NCBI GenBank assembly: GCA_001931535.1
Contig: CP016211.1
Span: forward strand, 6,835,703 to 6,867,702
Length of the DNA stretch: 32,000 nucleotides
Source of the DNA: Minicystis rosea
GTDB taxonomy: Bacteria > Myxococcota_A > Polyangia > Polyangiales > Polyangiaceae
Reading direction: 5' to 3'
The notes under the pieces are model-generated. The model was not told the origin of the DNA and did no database searches. It worked only from the letters and a program-made list of their open reading frames with translations. Below are positions 31,215-32,000 of this stretch, piece after piece; position 1 is the stretch's first letter, and each line of letters begins with the position of its first letter. Position numbers and translations under genes: made by a program.

Positions 31215-32000
31215 TTGCCGAACACACGGGAGGAGTGGGTCGGCCGACTCGAAGAGCGGCTGCCCCCTCGAACGGACATTCTCGCGCGGAATGCGGCCAT
31301 CACGGCCATGTACGCCAATTGGTATTTACGGCATCCCGCGCAATGCAAATGGGCGGGCATGGCGGCCAATGCGTCGAACGAAGTGGGCCTCTACTTACGT
31401 GGCCTCATGCCGGATGGGAGCCCGCTCGCGCGGGTATTGCCAACGTCGGTGGCCGAGGCTCAAATCGAGCTCATTCGCGAGGCCAACAATGCCGTCTTCG
31501 AGGACATCGCCTGGGCGCACGGCGCCTTCCTCGATCCCGACGGCGGCCTCGGCACCGTGGAGGACGCGCTCGCCGCGCTGCCGACACACCGCCTTCTCCT
31601 CGATGGCTTTCGCGCCATCGCCGAAGGGCGCATTTGGGAGGGGACGGCGAAGCTCCTCGAGCACGAGCAGCGCCACACCGTGCAACCGCGCTTCGCGGCC
31701 TACCATCCAGCCTTTGCCGCCTTCCTGTCGCTCGCGGCCCGCTCGGATTTCCGCCTCGGCGACGCTCGTGTCGAGCAGCGCCATTTCCCCGCTTTCACAG
31801 CGTACATGCTCCGGCGCGCGCGTCCTTTTCTGCGCGACACGGGGGCCCTCCGGCCCGACATCGCGCGCATCGATCATCGTTGGTATTGGATCGAGCGCGA
31901 GGTGCTGCCTTGTTGGCGCGAGGTCGAAGAGGCCGCGCAACCACCGCTCCGAGAGCGCATGATGGAGCTCTCCGCCCGCTGGCCGGGCCCGCCGGAGCAC
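31215..32000 (+). CDS. hypothetical protein, N-terminal part (ORF runs off the right edge)
   Basis: Absent from the track because no stop lies in the window. The frame opens after TAG 31191..31193. The only early start is TTG 31215, preceded by GGGAGAGG. Hand translation LPNTREEWVGRLEERLPPRTDILARNAAITAMYANWYLRHPAQCKWAGMAANASNEVG... runs to 32000 with no stop (checked codon by codon). Track ORFs 30859..31962(+) and 31395..32000(-) are its shadows. Confidence 0.55.
   Translation, partial: MPNTREEWVGRLEERLPPRTDILARNAAITAMYANWYLRHPAQCKWAGMAANASNEVGLYLRGLMPDGSPLARVLPTSVAEAQIELIREANNAVFEDIAWAHGAFLDPDGGLGTVEDALAALPTHRLLLDGFRAIAEGRIWEGTAKLLEHEQRHTVQPRFAAYHPAFAAFLSLAARSDFRLGDARVEQRHFPAFTAYMLRRARPFLRDTGALRPDIARIDHRWYWIEREVLPCWREVEEAAQPPLRERMMELSARWPGPPEH

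Noticed and set aside
30859-31962. 367-aa + ORF and 201-aa minus ORF 31395..32000
   Set aside because: Both are Arg/Ser-rich shadows of the third + frame. That frame is open from 31194 to the window edge and has protein-like sequence and better codon usage (called as 31215..32000).

Overview
Very GC-rich bacterial chromosome segment with strong G/C bias at third codon positions. The gene content (many lipoproteins, a sigma-54 activator-like protein, caspase/CHAT proteins, a RING-TerD protein) looks myxobacterial, but that is inference only. Many long ORFs in the supplied track are antisense or out-of-frame shadows. I kept only frames with recognisable protein motifs or coding-like codon usage. 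Left third (1-13.4 kb) is mostly housekeeping and envelope genes: inorganic pyrophosphatase, a SnoaL-like protein, ADP-ribosylglycohydrolase, a Ser/Gly-linker lipoprotein, and a translationally coupled minus-strand cluster of CelD-like GNAT fused to ATP-grasp (frameshifted), metallophosphoesterase and polysaccharide deacetylase. It continues with an MBL-fold hydrolase, a 2OG-Fe(II) oxygenase-like protein, a YcaQ/AlkZ-like glycosylase and YggX. A canonical one-piece tmRNA (ssrA, tag ANDNALALAA) lies at 13728-14070, with a degenerate copy of its own 3' end about 130 nt upstream. Everything right of ssrA looks accessory. There are small lipoprotein and membrane genes. There is also a candidate signalling cassette: a sigma-54-activator-like AAA+ protein divergent from a heme-oxygenase-like protein, an N-acyl amino acid synthase/LuxI-fold GNAT and a LuxR-type regulator. 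The main candidate for a novel system is a tight five-gene minus-strand operon at 20309-27543. It encodes a stand-alone C14 caspase, an adaptor-domain-CHAT protease, a wHTH protein, a 1056-aa fusion of two P-loop ATPases (DnaA/ORC-like Walker A module plus YjgR/DUF853 HerA-type module), and a 410-aa protein carrying the same N-terminal adaptor-like module as the CHAT protein. Immediately upstream on the same strand is an 863-aa bacterial C3HC4 RING plus TerD-like protein. A separate oddity is a 315-bp array of fifteen phase-locked 21-bp repeats (two sub-families) at 4880-5194. No CRISPR array, rRNA, intact tRNA, transposase or integrase was seen.
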